Shown: positions 9,714-19,224, counted from the stretch's first letter. The stretch: 64,000 nt of DNA from Coraliomargarita sp. (GCA_965216325.1 OZ244160.1:2912001-2976000), one strand, 5' to 3'. Notes: generated by a model not told the origin, from the letters alone. A program made the numbers and translations.

Positions 9714-10480
9714 TGAGCGACGCTTACGAACAGTCGGTAAGTCTGCGTCCAAGTCGCTCACAGCGGGTCATCTCACCGGTGTTGCGTGTTTCTTTGCTGC
9801 TTGGTGTTGCTGTGCACCTGGTTGGCTTTTTGATTTTCAAGGTGCGTTCGAATCCATTGCCGTCCCGGGGCGATCCATCGGCCTATGTGGAGTATGTTTC
9901 GCAGGGCCATATGAGTGAAGATACGGAGCTCCAAGAGAAGGCTATGTTATTTGATTCGGCTCCGCTGTTTATCCCAACCCCGTGGAATGTTGCGGCGCAA
10001 GCGTATGAAACACACTTAACAGTTGGTAATTGGACCTTTCCATACCTTGAGCCGGAAATCAATTTGGTTGAAGCTTTGCAGCCTTCGGTTGGCTTGGTTT
10101 TAGATGTTGATGAGGTGAATGAGCCTATGGATTTGTTGGCATCGGCGCACTGGTCGTTCTTTGACGGATTTGTTGGTGAGTCAGATTCAGTCGAGCCGTT
10201 TCCCGACCCGAAGCCATTTGCGGAAGTGCGAGTTGTTGGAAGCTCTCGGTTAGAACGCATGCCGATTGAGGGGCTGACTTTCGAAGGGCAACGTGTGCGT
10301 AATCCGGTCACATACTGGATGCGGGTCTCTTCGGGGATGACGCAGGCTTTGGACCCTTTGTTGGGCAACAGCTCGGGTAGTCGTCTATTTGATGAGTCGG
10401 TGCTTGCGTGGTTGAAGCGCCCGATGACGCAGGTGCGTCTGCCGGACGGGTATCTCTTCATTACGGTGTATCCCGAGTGA
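9710..10480 (+). CDS. membrane-anchored TonB-like protein
   Basis: N-terminal TM with His (SLLLGVAVH); C-terminal SSGSRLFDESVL resembles the TonB C-terminal SSG...LD motif. Confidence 0.55.
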   Translation: MMSDAYEQSVSLRPSRSQRVISPVLRVSLLLGVAVHLVGFLIFKVRSNPLPSRGDPSAYVEYVSQGHMSEDTELQEKAMLFDSAPLFIPTPWNVAAQAYETHLTVGNWTFPYLEPEINLVEALQPSVGLVLDVDEVNEPMDLLASAHWSFFDGFVGESDSVEPFPDPKPFAEVRVVGSSRLERMPIEGLTFEGQRVRNPVTYWMRVSSGMTQALDPLLGNSSGSRLFDESVLAWLKRPMTQVRLPDGYLFITVYPE

Positions 10481-10620
10481 TTGTAGGAAGACTCTCAGTC
10501 ATCTCACAACTCGGGACGAAGCGTTTGCTTGTGTTCGTGAGATTCATCGACTCGTTTTTGCGTGACTAGCCATTCCCGCTTGCGGGGGCGCGATACAATG
10601 GCCTAAGTTCTCTGTGAAAT

Positions 10621-11109
10621 ATGTGTAGTGAGCAGCAGACTTCCGACTCAGCGATTCTTGATCAACTGCAGGAATTGACCGCCTCGTGGACGGAGCGCCC
10701 GTCATGGGATGCTTATTTTATGGCGACCGCGCTGCTGATGTCCTCACGTTCCAGTTGTGAACGCTTGCATGTCGGTTGTGTGGTTGTCTCGGGCGGCGAT
10801 CAGAAAAACCGCATTATCGCTGCGGGCTACAATGGTTTTTTGCCTGGTGCGCCGCACACGTCGCGTGTGCGTGATGGACACGAGCAAGCGACTGTGCATG
10901 CCGAGCAAAATGCGATCAGCGACGCTGCTAGGCGTGGTGTCTCGCTCGAGGGCGCGACTGTCTATATTACCCATTTTCCGTGCATCAATTGCGCGAAAAT
11001 TCTCGCAGCGGCTGGAATCGCAATGATCAAATATCGTCAAGATTATCGGAACGACGAGCTCGTGGTTGAACTCTTGCAAGGCAGTGGAGTTGCCATCGAA
11101 CAACTGTAG
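10621..11109 (+). CDS. dCMP deaminase (ComEB family)
   Basis: RPSWD.YFM, GYNG, HAEQNA, PC..C motifs. Confidence 0.92.
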   Translation: MCSEQQTSDSAILDQLQELTASWTERPSWDAYFMATALLMSSRSSCERLHVGCVVVSGGDQKNRIIAAGYNGFLPGAPHTSRVRDGHEQATVHAEQNAISDAARRGVSLEGATVYITHFPCINCAKILAAAGIAMIKYRQDYRNDELVVELLQGSGVAIEQL

Positions 11110-11111
11110 CG

Positions 11112-11699
11112 ATGCGTTTCTCTGGAGATTATGACGACCCGCGTGAGGGCGAACAAACCTTGCTGCCCATGGCAGGGTCGCTCCTGCTGGCGCACCCCTC
11201 CATGCAGGATCCGAACTTTCGGCACGCTGTCGTGCTGCTGACCGCACATTCCATCGAGGACGGCGCGCTGGGCGTCATCGTCAATCGGCCTCTGGGGCAG
11301 ACACTCGGCGGCTTCGATGCTGACATGGCGGCCACCGATCTTTCAGATATTCCGCTCTACGAGGGCGGTCCGGTCGCCTCGGATCGCTTGATCCTCGTTG
11401 CGTGGAAATGGGTGGAGGCGGATAGTAGCTTTAAACTCTTCTTTGGCATCGACGTCGACAAGGCTCGCGTGCTGATGGACGAAGACCCCGAATTTCGATT
11501 TCGCGGCTTTCTGGGGCACTCCGGCTGGACTGGAGGACAACTCGAAGGCGAGTTGGATCAAGAAGCCTGGTTGGTCTCGCCCCTCGCAGCCGAGATCGAT
11601 ACCTTGGAAGGGGAGGCTGCCTGGCGCACGATACTGGCTTACAACAGCCCTGAAATGCGTATCTTAGCCGACGAGCCGGATGATCTGTCGCTCAACTGA
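11112..11699 (+). CDS. YqgE/AlgH family protein
   Basis: LLLA.P.M.DPNF, G.IVNRP, GGPV, G.SGW..GQLE.E motifs. Confidence 0.92.
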   Translation: MRFSGDYDDPREGEQTLLPMAGSLLLAHPSMQDPNFRHAVVLLTAHSIEDGALGVIVNRPLGQTLGGFDADMAATDLSDIPLYEGGPVASDRLILVAWKWVEADSSFKLFFGIDVDKARVLMDEDPEFRFRGFLGHSGWTGGQLEGELDQEAWLVSPLAAEIDTLEGEAAWRTILAYNSPEMRILADEPDDLSLN

Positions 11700-11801
11700 T
11701 CTGGCTGTTTTTTCTCTGTTTTCAGCGGAAAAACTTTCTTGATTTGCCATTGACAGTAGGGGGTGCGGACCCTTTTTTCTCCCATTCTTCAAATTTTTGC
11801 C

Positions 11802-11927
11802 ATGAAAGTAGCATCATCACTCAAAACTCTTAAGAACCGCCACCCTGACTGCCAAGTCGTTCGTCGTAAGGGGCGTGTCTACGTAATTTGCAAGTCCAAC
11901 CCACGCTTCAAGGCGCGTCAGGGCTAA
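11802..11927 (+). CDS. rpmJ: 50S ribosomal protein L36, type B (missing from ORF track)
   Basis: [41 protein letters not shown]. Confidence 0.95.
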   Translation: MKVASSLKTLKNRHPDCQVVRRKGRVYVICKSNPRFKARQG

Positions 11928-11952
11928 TTAGAAACCTCGAAAGGAATTTACC

Positions 11953-12198
11953 GTGAAAGCTGATATCCATCCTGCGCTCAACCCGGTTGCCTTCGTCGAC
12001 GTTTCGACAGGCACTAAGTATCTGACTCGCTCCACTATGCGTGGCAGCAAGACTGAGGTCATCGACGGTGTAGAGCACCAAGTCGTGATCTGCGACATCA
12101 CTGCAGACTCCCACCCAGCTTACACTGGTGAGAAGCGCTTCGTCGACACCGCTGGTCGTGTTGAGAAGTTCCAGTCCAAGTTCCGTCGCCGTCGCTAG
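11953..12198 (+). CDS. rpmE2: 50S ribosomal protein L31, type B
   Basis: MKADIHP...F.D.STG...SHPAYTG...DT.GRVEKF; no CxC/CxxC. Confidence 0.93.
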   Translation: MKADIHPALNPVAFVDVSTGTKYLTRSTMRGSKTEVIDGVEHQVVICDITADSHPAYTGEKRFVDTAGRVEKFQSKFRRRR

Positions 12199-12228
12199 TT
12201 CGGCACAGTCCACGAGACATCAATTTTC

Positions 12229-12265
12229 AAAAAGCTCCGTCGCTCAACAGCGCGGGGCTTTTTTT
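12229..12265 (+). terminator. intrinsic terminator, possibly bidirectional
   Basis: AAAAAGCTCCG...CGGGGCTTTTTTT. Confidence 0.75.
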
Positions 12266-12276
12266 GTGTCTAGATT

Positions 12277-12336
12277 GTAGGGCTCGTGCTTGCGCGATGC
12301 CAACGATGGATGGCGCTTGGCAAGCAAAGGCCCTAG
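12277..12336. repeat. GTAG-type REP-like doublet
   Basis: GTAGGGCTCGTGCTTGC...GCAAGCAAAGGCCCTAG; the first 17 nt recur on the minus strand at 61051-61067. Confidence 0.75.
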
Positions 12337-12629
12337 GTATCAAACCGACTCTCAGCATCCAGGGCCGCATTGAGAATTCTGACAATCTGAACCGTGGACT
12401 CGTCGCGCACGAAGAAGATTACGTAGCGCTTATGTGGAATACTGAGTAATCCGGCATGCAGTTCATCCCTTTGCCGACCAATACCATCGAGGTTTGCGAT
12501 GGAGCAGCACTTCTTGTAGAGCTCGTCGATAAATGCGTCGGCCGCGTTCGAATTGTCTTGCGTGATGAAGTCCCAAATCGACTCAAGGTCGTATATCGCT
12601 TCCTGCGATATGTACAGTGACCTAGACAT
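12333..12629 (-). CDS. parE: RelE/ParE family toxin
   Basis: S.EA..DLESIWDFI..DN..AAD..., G..R.EL..GL, YVIFF, V.IVRIL. Confidence 0.9.
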   Translation of the reverse strand: MSRSLYISQEAIYDLESIWDFITQDNSNAADAFIDELYKKCCSIANLDGIGRQRDELHAGLLSIPHKRYVIFFVRDESTVQIVRILNAALDAESRFDT

Positions 12630-12885
12630 TCTGGTGGGAGCGTCCGTCTTGCTTGATTTTGCTGAGCAAGGCAGGGGTGAATTCCTGACTGTCACCTGAC
12701 TTGAGTTGTTCAACGCCAATCTGGATTTCGGACTTCAGGGCTTCGATTCGTTTTAGCTTCTGATCCTCAAACTGGTGGAGGGTGCGCAAGGCGTCGCGAA
12801 TAACCTCAGAGGAGGAGCTATAGAGGCCAGTTTCAACCTTGGATTGAACCCACTTTTCCAGCTCAGGCGTTAAGGATACGTTCAT
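12622..12885 (-). CDS. parD: ParD-family ribbon-helix-helix antitoxin
   Basis: MNVSLTPELE..V..KV.TG.Y.S.SEVIRDALR; overlaps the toxin start. Confidence 0.9.
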   Translation of the reverse strand: MNVSLTPELEKWVQSKVETGLYSSSSEVIRDALRTLHQFEDQKLKRIEALKSEIQIGVEQLKSGDSQEFTPALLSKIKQDGRSHQNV

Positions 12886-12938
12886 GTGCTGGAAAAGTGC
12901 TTAAATAACCAAGAATGTCAATTTTTGTTATTGAGTAA

Positions 12939-13310
12939 CTAGCTCGTGAATAGGAAGCGAACGAGTGCCAAACCGAATGCGAAGAGGAATCCGTAGAAGA
13001 ACTGCTCCATGCGCACGGTTGCCTTGCCTTTGCGGTTTCGGACTCTGCCAATCGTGAGCATGATGAATCCGAGGAGAATCGGTGTGCTCAGCAGATTCAC
13101 CAGTTTCAGCCCTTCAGTCTGGATAAAGGACTCGGGGAAGATCAATAGGCTGGCAAAGCCCAGGCATGCCCCGAAGGTCAAATAGCCCAGCGCAGCCAGG
13201 TGTGGGCTCAGCTCTTTTCGCCGAGCGGACTTATGAATACCAAAATCAGCAATCGCCTCACAGATGAACTGTAGAAAGAGTTCAGCGAGGAGCTCTAGGA
13301 GGATTTCCAT
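12939..13310 (-). CDS. hypothetical membrane protein
   Basis: 3-4 hydrophobic segments; MEILLELLAELFLQ N-terminus. Confidence 0.7.
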   Translation of the reverse strand: MEILLELLAELFLQFICEAIADFGIHKSARRKELSPHLAALGYLTFGACLGFASLLIFPESFIQTEGLKLVNLLSTPILLGFIMLTIGRVRNRKGKATVRMEQFFYGFLFAFGLALVRFLFTS

Positions 13311-13351
13311 GCAGGTAGGGAGCGCCTTGCCGATCGGGGGGGGGGCTGACC

Positions 13352-13645
13352 TTATTCTGGCCAGACGAGCTCATCTGATTCTTCAAACATCTCATGTATT
13401 GAAGAGGGCTCGGGCTGCATATTCGGGCAGAAATACTCATCCTCTGCCGCCTGTTCAAACGAGATCCACTTTCCCGAGCCAGGTGCAATTCTCTTTACTT
13501 GGGCAGCGCTTGGATCTCCCTCGCAATCGAGTAAATGAAGCCAGTTGATTTCTTCTGGTTCTTCGGTGAGGAGATAGACAGACATCGTTCGGTTTTTCCA
13601 TTTCACGATGTAAAGGTTCCATTCAAATGAGAGTTTTTTGATCAT
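13352..13645 (-). CDS. hypothetical acidic protein
   Basis: 97-aa ORF filling the gap; no recognised motif. Confidence 0.5.
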   Translation of the reverse strand: MIKKLSFEWNLYIVKWKNRTMSVYLLTEEPEEINWLHLLDCEGDPSAAQVKRIAPGSGKWISFEQAAEDEYFCPNMQPEPSSIHEMFEESDELVWPE

Positions 13646-13739
13646 TTTTTCTTGTAGAAAACGTTATGCGTTCGGTCTCTATATTGACCCTGACGGCCAT
13701 GAGTCAAACGGCAATATGGTAAGAGGTTTGAGTGTCTTG

Positions 13740-15395
13740 TTAAATGCTAGATGTTGAGTAACCAAGGCCGACGGCAATCAGTAGAGCTATCGGTGCTCCT
13801 ATCAGAAACCAGCCATGTGCTCGCTTTGATCGGAAGTGGTGTAGGAACAGCAGCCCGAAGAACAGTCCGAGTGCACCGTAGCTAATCCAGAGTGAAAAGC
13901 CTTTGCAGGGGAGAATGGCTCCGGGGAGCTTCGTCCAGAGGACTACCAGTGCATCCATCGCTGAAAGGACAAGCCATGCCGAGTGGTTAATGAAGCTGCA
14001 GAGCCACGGGACGTAGAGCAGGGCGGCAGTGAGCGCGATGACCCCGCCGCTAATGACTAGCGCGGCTAGGTTGACCAGTAGCATGTTCAGCACGATGGCG
14101 CCCGGTGCGATGAATTCAAAGAGACCGGCGCTGAGTGGCGTGCTGGCGAGCCATGCGGAGAAACTGATGGCAAAGAGGAGTGCCAGTTTATCGAGGAACC
14201 AATGAATACTGCGTTGCCAGATCGCCCAGTCACTTTGTGGCAGCCAGCGGAAGAGTTGCAGTCGTTCGCGGATAATTTGATAGAGCGGTAAGCCAAGTAA
14301 GAGAATGCTCAGCACCACCGCGTAGGACAGCTGGAAGCCGACGCTCCAGAGTTGGGCGGGCTGAATGAGGAGCACGAACGCCGCGGATGCCACCAGCGCG
14401 GCAAATGGCGAGCGCTGTCGTTGAAAAGCGAAGCTCGCCCAGAAAAATAGGGTCATCAGGAACGCGCGCACGGCGGAGGGGGGCGCGCCGGTGATTTCGA
14501 CGTAGAGATAGAGCAGTGGTAAACCGATGAAGGGGCTCATACGACGCGGAACCCGCAGCAGGGCGAGTCCCTGTGCAATCACGGTCGCGATGACACCGAT
14601 ATGTAGTCCACTGATGGCAAAAAAATGCATGGTTCCCGTCATGCGATAGCGCTCGCTTTGGTCCTTGCTGAGCGCGACTTTGCGGCCGAGCAGCATCGCT
14701 TGATAGACATTCGACAGCTCGGACTCAGGTGGTGAGCCCAGTTGCAGGAAATCTTGAAAGCGGGCATTCATCTGCTGGCAAAAGTGATCAAAGCCTGAGG
14801 ATGAGCGCAGCATGGTAATGGCGCCGTTACGATCGAAGCGGTGATGGACCCCGATATCTTTGAGATAGGTTTGAAAGCTGCGTTTCTTAGGTGTGTTTGG
14901 AGTCGGCAGCGGTGTCAGGACGCCAGTGGTTTGTAGCCATTGCCCACGTTGGATAGTCAGGGACGAGCTCTCGTCTGGCTTGAGGCGAAAATAGATCGAG
15001 GCACCTGGCCGGATTCGGCTTAGTTCAGGTGCTTCGCGAACCATGGCGATGCCACTCGTGCTGCCATGTGTGCTCTTGGGCTGAAAAATTCGTTGCACGT
15101 CCAGAACCAGCATCGCCTCGCGCTCGGGCAGCGCGAGTGTCCTCTGATCTGGAGTCTGTGGCAGCCGAACTAAGCCATAGGCCCAGAAGAGCAGCGTGGC
15201 AGCTGTCAAAAAAGAGGCGGTCCATTGCCATTGATGTTGATTGCGGAGCAATGCGAGTAAGCCGAGCGCCGTCGCAAGGCCAATCAAGAGTCCTGTATGC
15301 ACCGTGGTAAATTTGCTGAGTAGCAGCCCTGAGATCATCCCTGCGAGTAAGTAAAGCAGTGGCGCACGGAGGAGGGTTGGCTGCTTTTCATGCAT
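13740..15395 (-). CDS. comEC: ComEC/Rec2 competence membrane protein (no C-terminal MBL domain)
   Basis: TG..H.FAISGLHIG, PSAVRA, GFQLSY motifs. Confidence 0.92.
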   Translation of the reverse strand: MHEKQPTLLRAPLLYLLAGMISGLLLSKFTTVHTGLLIGLATALGLLALLRNQHQWQWTASFLTAATLLFWAYGLVRLPQTPDQRTLALPEREAMLVLDVQRIFQPKSTHGSTSGIAMVREAPELSRIRPGASIYFRLKPDESSSLTIQRGQWLQTTGVLTPLPTPNTPKKRSFQTYLKDIGVHHRFDRNGAITMLRSSSGFDHFCQQMNARFQDFLQLGSPPESELSNVYQAMLLGRKVALSKDQSERYRMTGTMHFFAISGLHIGVIATVIAQGLALLRVPRRMSPFIGLPLLYLYVEITGAPPSAVRAFLMTLFFWASFAFQRQRSPFAALVASAAFVLLIQPAQLWSVGFQLSYAVVLSILLLGLPLYQIIRERLQLFRWLPQSDWAIWQRSIHWFLDKLALLFAISFSAWLASTPLSAGLFEFIAPGAIVLNMLLVNLAALVISGGVIALTAALLYVPWLCSFINHSAWLVLSAMDALVVLWTKLPGAILPCKGFSLWISYGALGLFFGLLFLHHFRSKRAHGWFLIGAPIALLIAVGLGYSTSSI

Positions 15396-15491
15396 AGTAA
15401 CAATACGTTAGCTAAGTATTGCCAAATTGTTCGATCTTGCAAGTGAGGCGGGTGCCTTTGATGGGCAAATGTATTGTGATTTCTGGTTGTG

Positions 15492-15581
15492 GTAGCGCAG
15501 GCGCGTCTCGCACCGTATCCATGAACACATTTCAAGTCGGGCTGCTTTGACCTGGTGCGCACCGAGACGGTGCTGCGCTAC
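15492..15581. repeat. GTAG-type REP-like doublet
   Basis: GTAGCGCAGGCGCGTCTCGCACC...GGTGCGCACCGAGACGGTGCTGCGCTAC. Confidence 0.7.
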
Positions 15582-15607
15582 TCTTTGAAATAGAAATTAA
15601 TAAACAA

Positions 15608-15712
15608 GTAGGGCAGCTTCGGCGAGGCTACCGTTCGCTAAATTTATTTGTTTGAGGCTTCTTGAGGAAGCGGTCATTTCGACAGGCTCAAGACCCTGAG
15701 CTTGCCGAAGGG
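15608..15712. repeat. REP-like unit followed by a TTCGACAGGCTCA-type element
   Basis: GTAGGGCAGCTTCGGCGAGGCTACCG resembles 62045; 15677-15700 matches the reverse complement of 61025-61048 at 23/24. Confidence 0.7.
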
Positions 15713-15738
15713 CAGGATGACACTTCTACTTTACTGAT

Positions 15739-17079
15739 ATGGCAGATGCTTCGGGACAGTCCGGTTTGTTTGATTCTGAATCGAGTGGTGTGGAGGATTC
15801 CGCGCCGCGCCCGTTGGCGGTGCGTATGCGTCCGCGTGGACTGTCGGAAGTGATTGGGCAGGATCACATTGTGGGCGAGGGTTGTCTATTGCCGCGCCTC
15901 ATTCAGGCCGACAATTTTGGCAGTTTGATTTTTTACGGTCCGCCGGGCTGCGGGAAGACCTCGCTGGCGGAAGTCATTGCCGCTGAAACCGAGAGCAAGT
16001 TCGTGCGGATCAATGCGGTGTTGTCGAATGTGGCCGAGTTGCGCGATATTCTGCGACTTGCACGCTATGAGCGGGCCAAGCGCACCATACTGTTTATCGA
16101 CGAGATTCACCGTTTCAATAAGTCGCAGCAGGACTTGTTGCTGCCTGATGTGGAGGCGGGCAATATCCGCCTGATCGGAGCGACCACCCATAATCCAGGC
16201 TTCTATGTGAATGCGCCGCTGTTGAGCCGGAGCCATCTGTTTCGTCTAGAACCCGTCGATCTGGAGGCGGTTGCAACTGTGCTGGACCGTGCCCTGAGGG
16301 ACCGCGAGCGGGGGCTCGGTGCACATCGCTGCACTGCGGACGATGCGGTGTTCAAGGCGGTCGCCGAATTTTCCGGTGGCGACCTGCGCCGCGCGCTCAA
16401 TGCCTTGGAAACACTGGTGCTGAGTCAGCCGAATGGTTCACACATTGATGCGGATGCGGTGGAGGCCTTCGCCAAGGAGCGTCAGATTCGCTATGATCGC
16501 GATGAGGACGAGCACTACGACCATGCCTCTGCGATGATCAAGAGTATCCGTGGTTCCGATCCGGATGCGGCGCTGTATTGGGCCTTTAAAATGCTACAGG
16601 GTGGGGAAGAACCGCGCTTTATTGCGCGGCGCTTGGTGATTCTCGCCTCTGAGGATGTTGGTTTGGCAAACACGCATGCGCTGACAGTCGCCGTGGCTGC
16701 CTTTGAGGCTTGTGAACGTGTCGGGATGCCAGAATGCGAATTTACTCTCGCGCATGCCATTCTGTATTTGGCGACTTCGCCGAAGAGCAACTCGGTGACC
16801 CGTGCGATGGGAGCGGTGAAGCGCGCCTTGCGTGAGGAGCCCCTGCAGGCAGTGCCCATGTGGCTGCGTGATGCGCATACCAAAACGAACCAGGCGCTGG
16901 GGCACGGCGAGGGTTATCTTTACAGCCATGAGTTCCCACAGGGTATTTCCGGGCAGGAATATATGCTTGATCCACAGCAGTTCTACGAGCCGGGCACGGC
17001 TGGCGCTGAGGCTTCGACCGCTCAACGACTGGAGCAGTTAAAAAAACTTAAAGCGCAGATTCAAAAGCAGCAGATGTAA
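15739..17079 (+). CDS. rarA: replication-associated recombination protein A
   Basis: PLA.RMRP, GPPGCGKT, FIDEIHRF.K.QQD, KSIRGSDPDAA, EDVGLA motifs. Confidence 0.95.
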   Translation: MADASGQSGLFDSESSGVEDSAPRPLAVRMRPRGLSEVIGQDHIVGEGCLLPRLIQADNFGSLIFYGPPGCGKTSLAEVIAAETESKFVRINAVLSNVAELRDILRLARYERAKRTILFIDEIHRFNKSQQDLLLPDVEAGNIRLIGATTHNPGFYVNAPLLSRSHLFRLEPVDLEAVATVLDRALRDRERGLGAHRCTADDAVFKAVAEFSGGDLRRALNALETLVLSQPNGSHIDADAVEAFAKERQIRYDRDEDEHYDHASAMIKSIRGSDPDAALYWAFKMLQGGEEPRFIARRLVILASEDVGLANTHALTVAVAAFEACERVGMPECEFTLAHAILYLATSPKSNSVTRAMGAVKRALREEPLQAVPMWLRDAHTKTNQALGHGEGYLYSHEFPQGISGQEYMLDPQQFYEPGTAGAEASTAQRLEQLKKLKAQIQKQQM

Positions 17080-17105
17080 GGCGGAGGTTGGTCTTTGTAG
17101 TGAAT

Positions 17106-17187
17106 GCTAGCGTAGCAGCGTCCTCGCTGCGTATGACGACATCTTGAATCTAAGTTTAGAGTGCTGTGGCAGAGTATCTCCGCTAGC
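17106..17187. repeat. degenerate REP-like doublet
   Basis: GCTAGCGTAGCAGCGTCCTCGCTGCG...CGCTAGC; related to the 2724-2798 element. Confidence 0.5.
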
Positions 17188-17241
17188 TTTGGTGCCCAGT
17201 TTTAATTGCACCTCTGCTAAGTTTATCTAATCTGTGCTAAT

Positions 17242-17715
17242 ATGAAATGTTCCTCCAAGTGCTTACTCTGCTTTTATATGCTAATTGCCTCGCTCGCCTT
17301 TGCACAAGAGGCTGAAGAAAAAGTGATTCCCGAAGAGGAAAGTTCGCCGCCGTTTCAAGTCGGGCAGCTTGCAGATAGGGCTGGCTACGATATTGAATTA
17401 GCAGAGGGGGGCTATGTGAACTTTCGTTTTGTGAATGGACGCATGCGGGTGTATTTTTTCGACGAAGACCGTTTGGTGATCGAGCCAAGTTCGACGACCG
17501 GCAGTGTGCGTTTTCACAAAACGGTTGCCGGTAAAAAATTCTACGCTTTGAGCCCTATTGATGGTGATGTTGGTTTAGGAAATTATGAGTTTATTCCCTA
17601 TCCTCATACTTATAATTTGGTCCTTAACCTCAAGGATCCGGATAGTGGTGCGATGCGCACAAATGCCATACGCTACGTTCAGCGCATGAATGATGCGCCA
17701 GAGGGTGTGGAATAA
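17242..17715 (+). CDS. hypothetical exported protein
   Basis: Signal peptide ending AFA|Q; beta-rich mature region. Confidence 0.7.
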   Translation: MKCSSKCLLCFYMLIASLAFAQEAEEKVIPEEESSPPFQVGQLADRAGYDIELAEGGYVNFRFVNGRMRVYFFDEDRLVIEPSSTTGSVRFHKTVAGKKFYALSPIDGDVGLGNYEFIPYPHTYNLVLNLKDPDSGAMRTNAIRYVQRMNDAPEGVE

Positions 17716-17753
17716 TTTGGCACAAAACGCGCTTAGTTTGGACTGAGAACGCT

Positions 17754-18236
17754 ATGGATTTGGGACAATTGTTTAAGCGCTGGCTGCTCATCGCAGTCGG
17801 CGTATTGATTGCTTCGCATACCTCGGGAGGGATACATTATGAGAGCAACGGTGCCTTGTTGGTCGCGGTTTTGCTGCTTAGCTTCTGCAATGTGTTTCTT
17901 AAGCCATTGCTAATGCTATTTTCTTTGCCGTTTATCGTGCTGACCTTTGGCCTAGGCATCTGGTTTATTAACGCTTTGCTATTTTTGTTGGTCGGTAGTC
18001 TGGTGAGCGGTTTTACTGTAAATGGCTTTGGGAGTGCACTCTGGGGCGCGCTAGTCGTTAGTTTTACCGGGCTTATTGCAAATACCTTGTTCGGCGATCC
18101 AGCACAGCGGCAGGGTGTGAATATCCACGTCCAGCGTGATGGAGTGCCTCCTCGGCAGTCGCAGCAAGCTCAGGATCCGAATGTCCAGCGTCGACCGCAC
18201 CGCGAGATTCGTGATGATGATGTGATCGATATTTAG
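17754..18236 (+). CDS. YvlD/DUF360 (phage holin superfamily IV-like) membrane protein
   Basis: N.FLKP.L...SLP...LTFGL...INAL...GF.V.GF..AL.GAL. Confidence 0.88.
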   Translation: MDLGQLFKRWLLIAVGVLIASHTSGGIHYESNGALLVAVLLLSFCNVFLKPLLMLFSLPFIVLTFGLGIWFINALLFLLVGSLVSGFTVNGFGSALWGALVVSFTGLIANTLFGDPAQRQGVNIHVQRDGVPPRQSQQAQDPNVQRRPHREIRDDDVIDI

Positions 18237-18238
18237 AC

Positions 18239-18313
<75 letters not shown>

Positions 18314-18446
18314 TTGTCAGACGCGTAGCATTTGGACTCCAAGAGGCGGGTCAACGCTGAATCCTGTGTTCCGTGCTTGAAAAGTAGTTGGATCGTCTGT
18401 GTTTTAACGCTTCCTATCGATTAATACGTTTCAACCACTGTCATCT

Positions 18447-19223
18447 ATGATCTCCACCCTCGGACGTTACGGGCTACGCGTTGTGCATGAGCTCGGTGAA
18501 ATCAGCCTATTTGGGCTGGCGTCGTTTGTGGGCTTTGGCCGTCAGCGTCATCGGCTGTCGAAGTTTTTGTTGGCAGTGCATGAGATTGGTATGCGTTGCC
18601 TGACGATTGTGGCGGTTGTTGGTTTATTCACCGGCTTAGTGATGGGGCTACAGCTTTACTATACGCTGGTTAAGTTTGGTGCTGAAGGAGCTTTAGGAAC
18701 CGCAGTGGCCCTTTCACTGATTCGTGAGTTGGGGCCAGTGTTGACTGCCTTGATGGTGGTGGGGCAAGCGGGTTCGGCAATGGCTTCGGAGTTAGGCATT
18801 CAGCGTAACGATGAGCAGATTGATGCCTTACAGACGATGAGCATTGAGCCCAAGGGCTACTTGGTTGGGCCGCGTTTGTGGGCTGCTTTGGTGTGTTTTC
18901 CGATTCTGACCTCGGTGTTTGATTTGATTGGAATGTTCGGTGGCTACCTGACCGGTTCGGTGCTGCTGAATGTCGATGGTGGTGTGTATTGGAATAGCGC
19001 ATACGAAAGCGTTATCTTTAAGGATGTATATGGTGGTTTTATCAAAGCACTGGTCTTTGGTTTACTGACCATTTCGATTTGCTCGTATCGAGGCTTTAAT
19101 ACACACCGTAAGGCATCGAGCCGTGGTGTGCGTGGGGTCAGTGAGTCGGCGACCCGGGCGGTTGTCTGGTCGAGCGTGGCGGTGCTGGCATCGGACTATC
19201 TGATTACCTCTTTCTTACTCTAG
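18447..19223 (+). CDS. mlaE: MlaE ABC permease
   Basis: RELGPVLTAL...G..GSA.A.ELG......EQIDAL. Confidence 0.93.
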   Translation: MISTLGRYGLRVVHELGEISLFGLASFVGFGRQRHRLSKFLLAVHEIGMRCLTIVAVVGLFTGLVMGLQLYYTLVKFGAEGALGTAVALSLIRELGPVLTALMVVGQAGSAMASELGIQRNDEQIDALQTMSIEPKGYLVGPRLWAALVCFPILTSVFDLIGMFGGYLTGSVLLNVDGGVYWNSAYESVIFKDVYGGFIKALVFGLLTISICSYRGFNTHRKASSRGVRGVSESATRAVVWSSVAVLASDYLITSFLL

Positions 19224-19224
19224 C

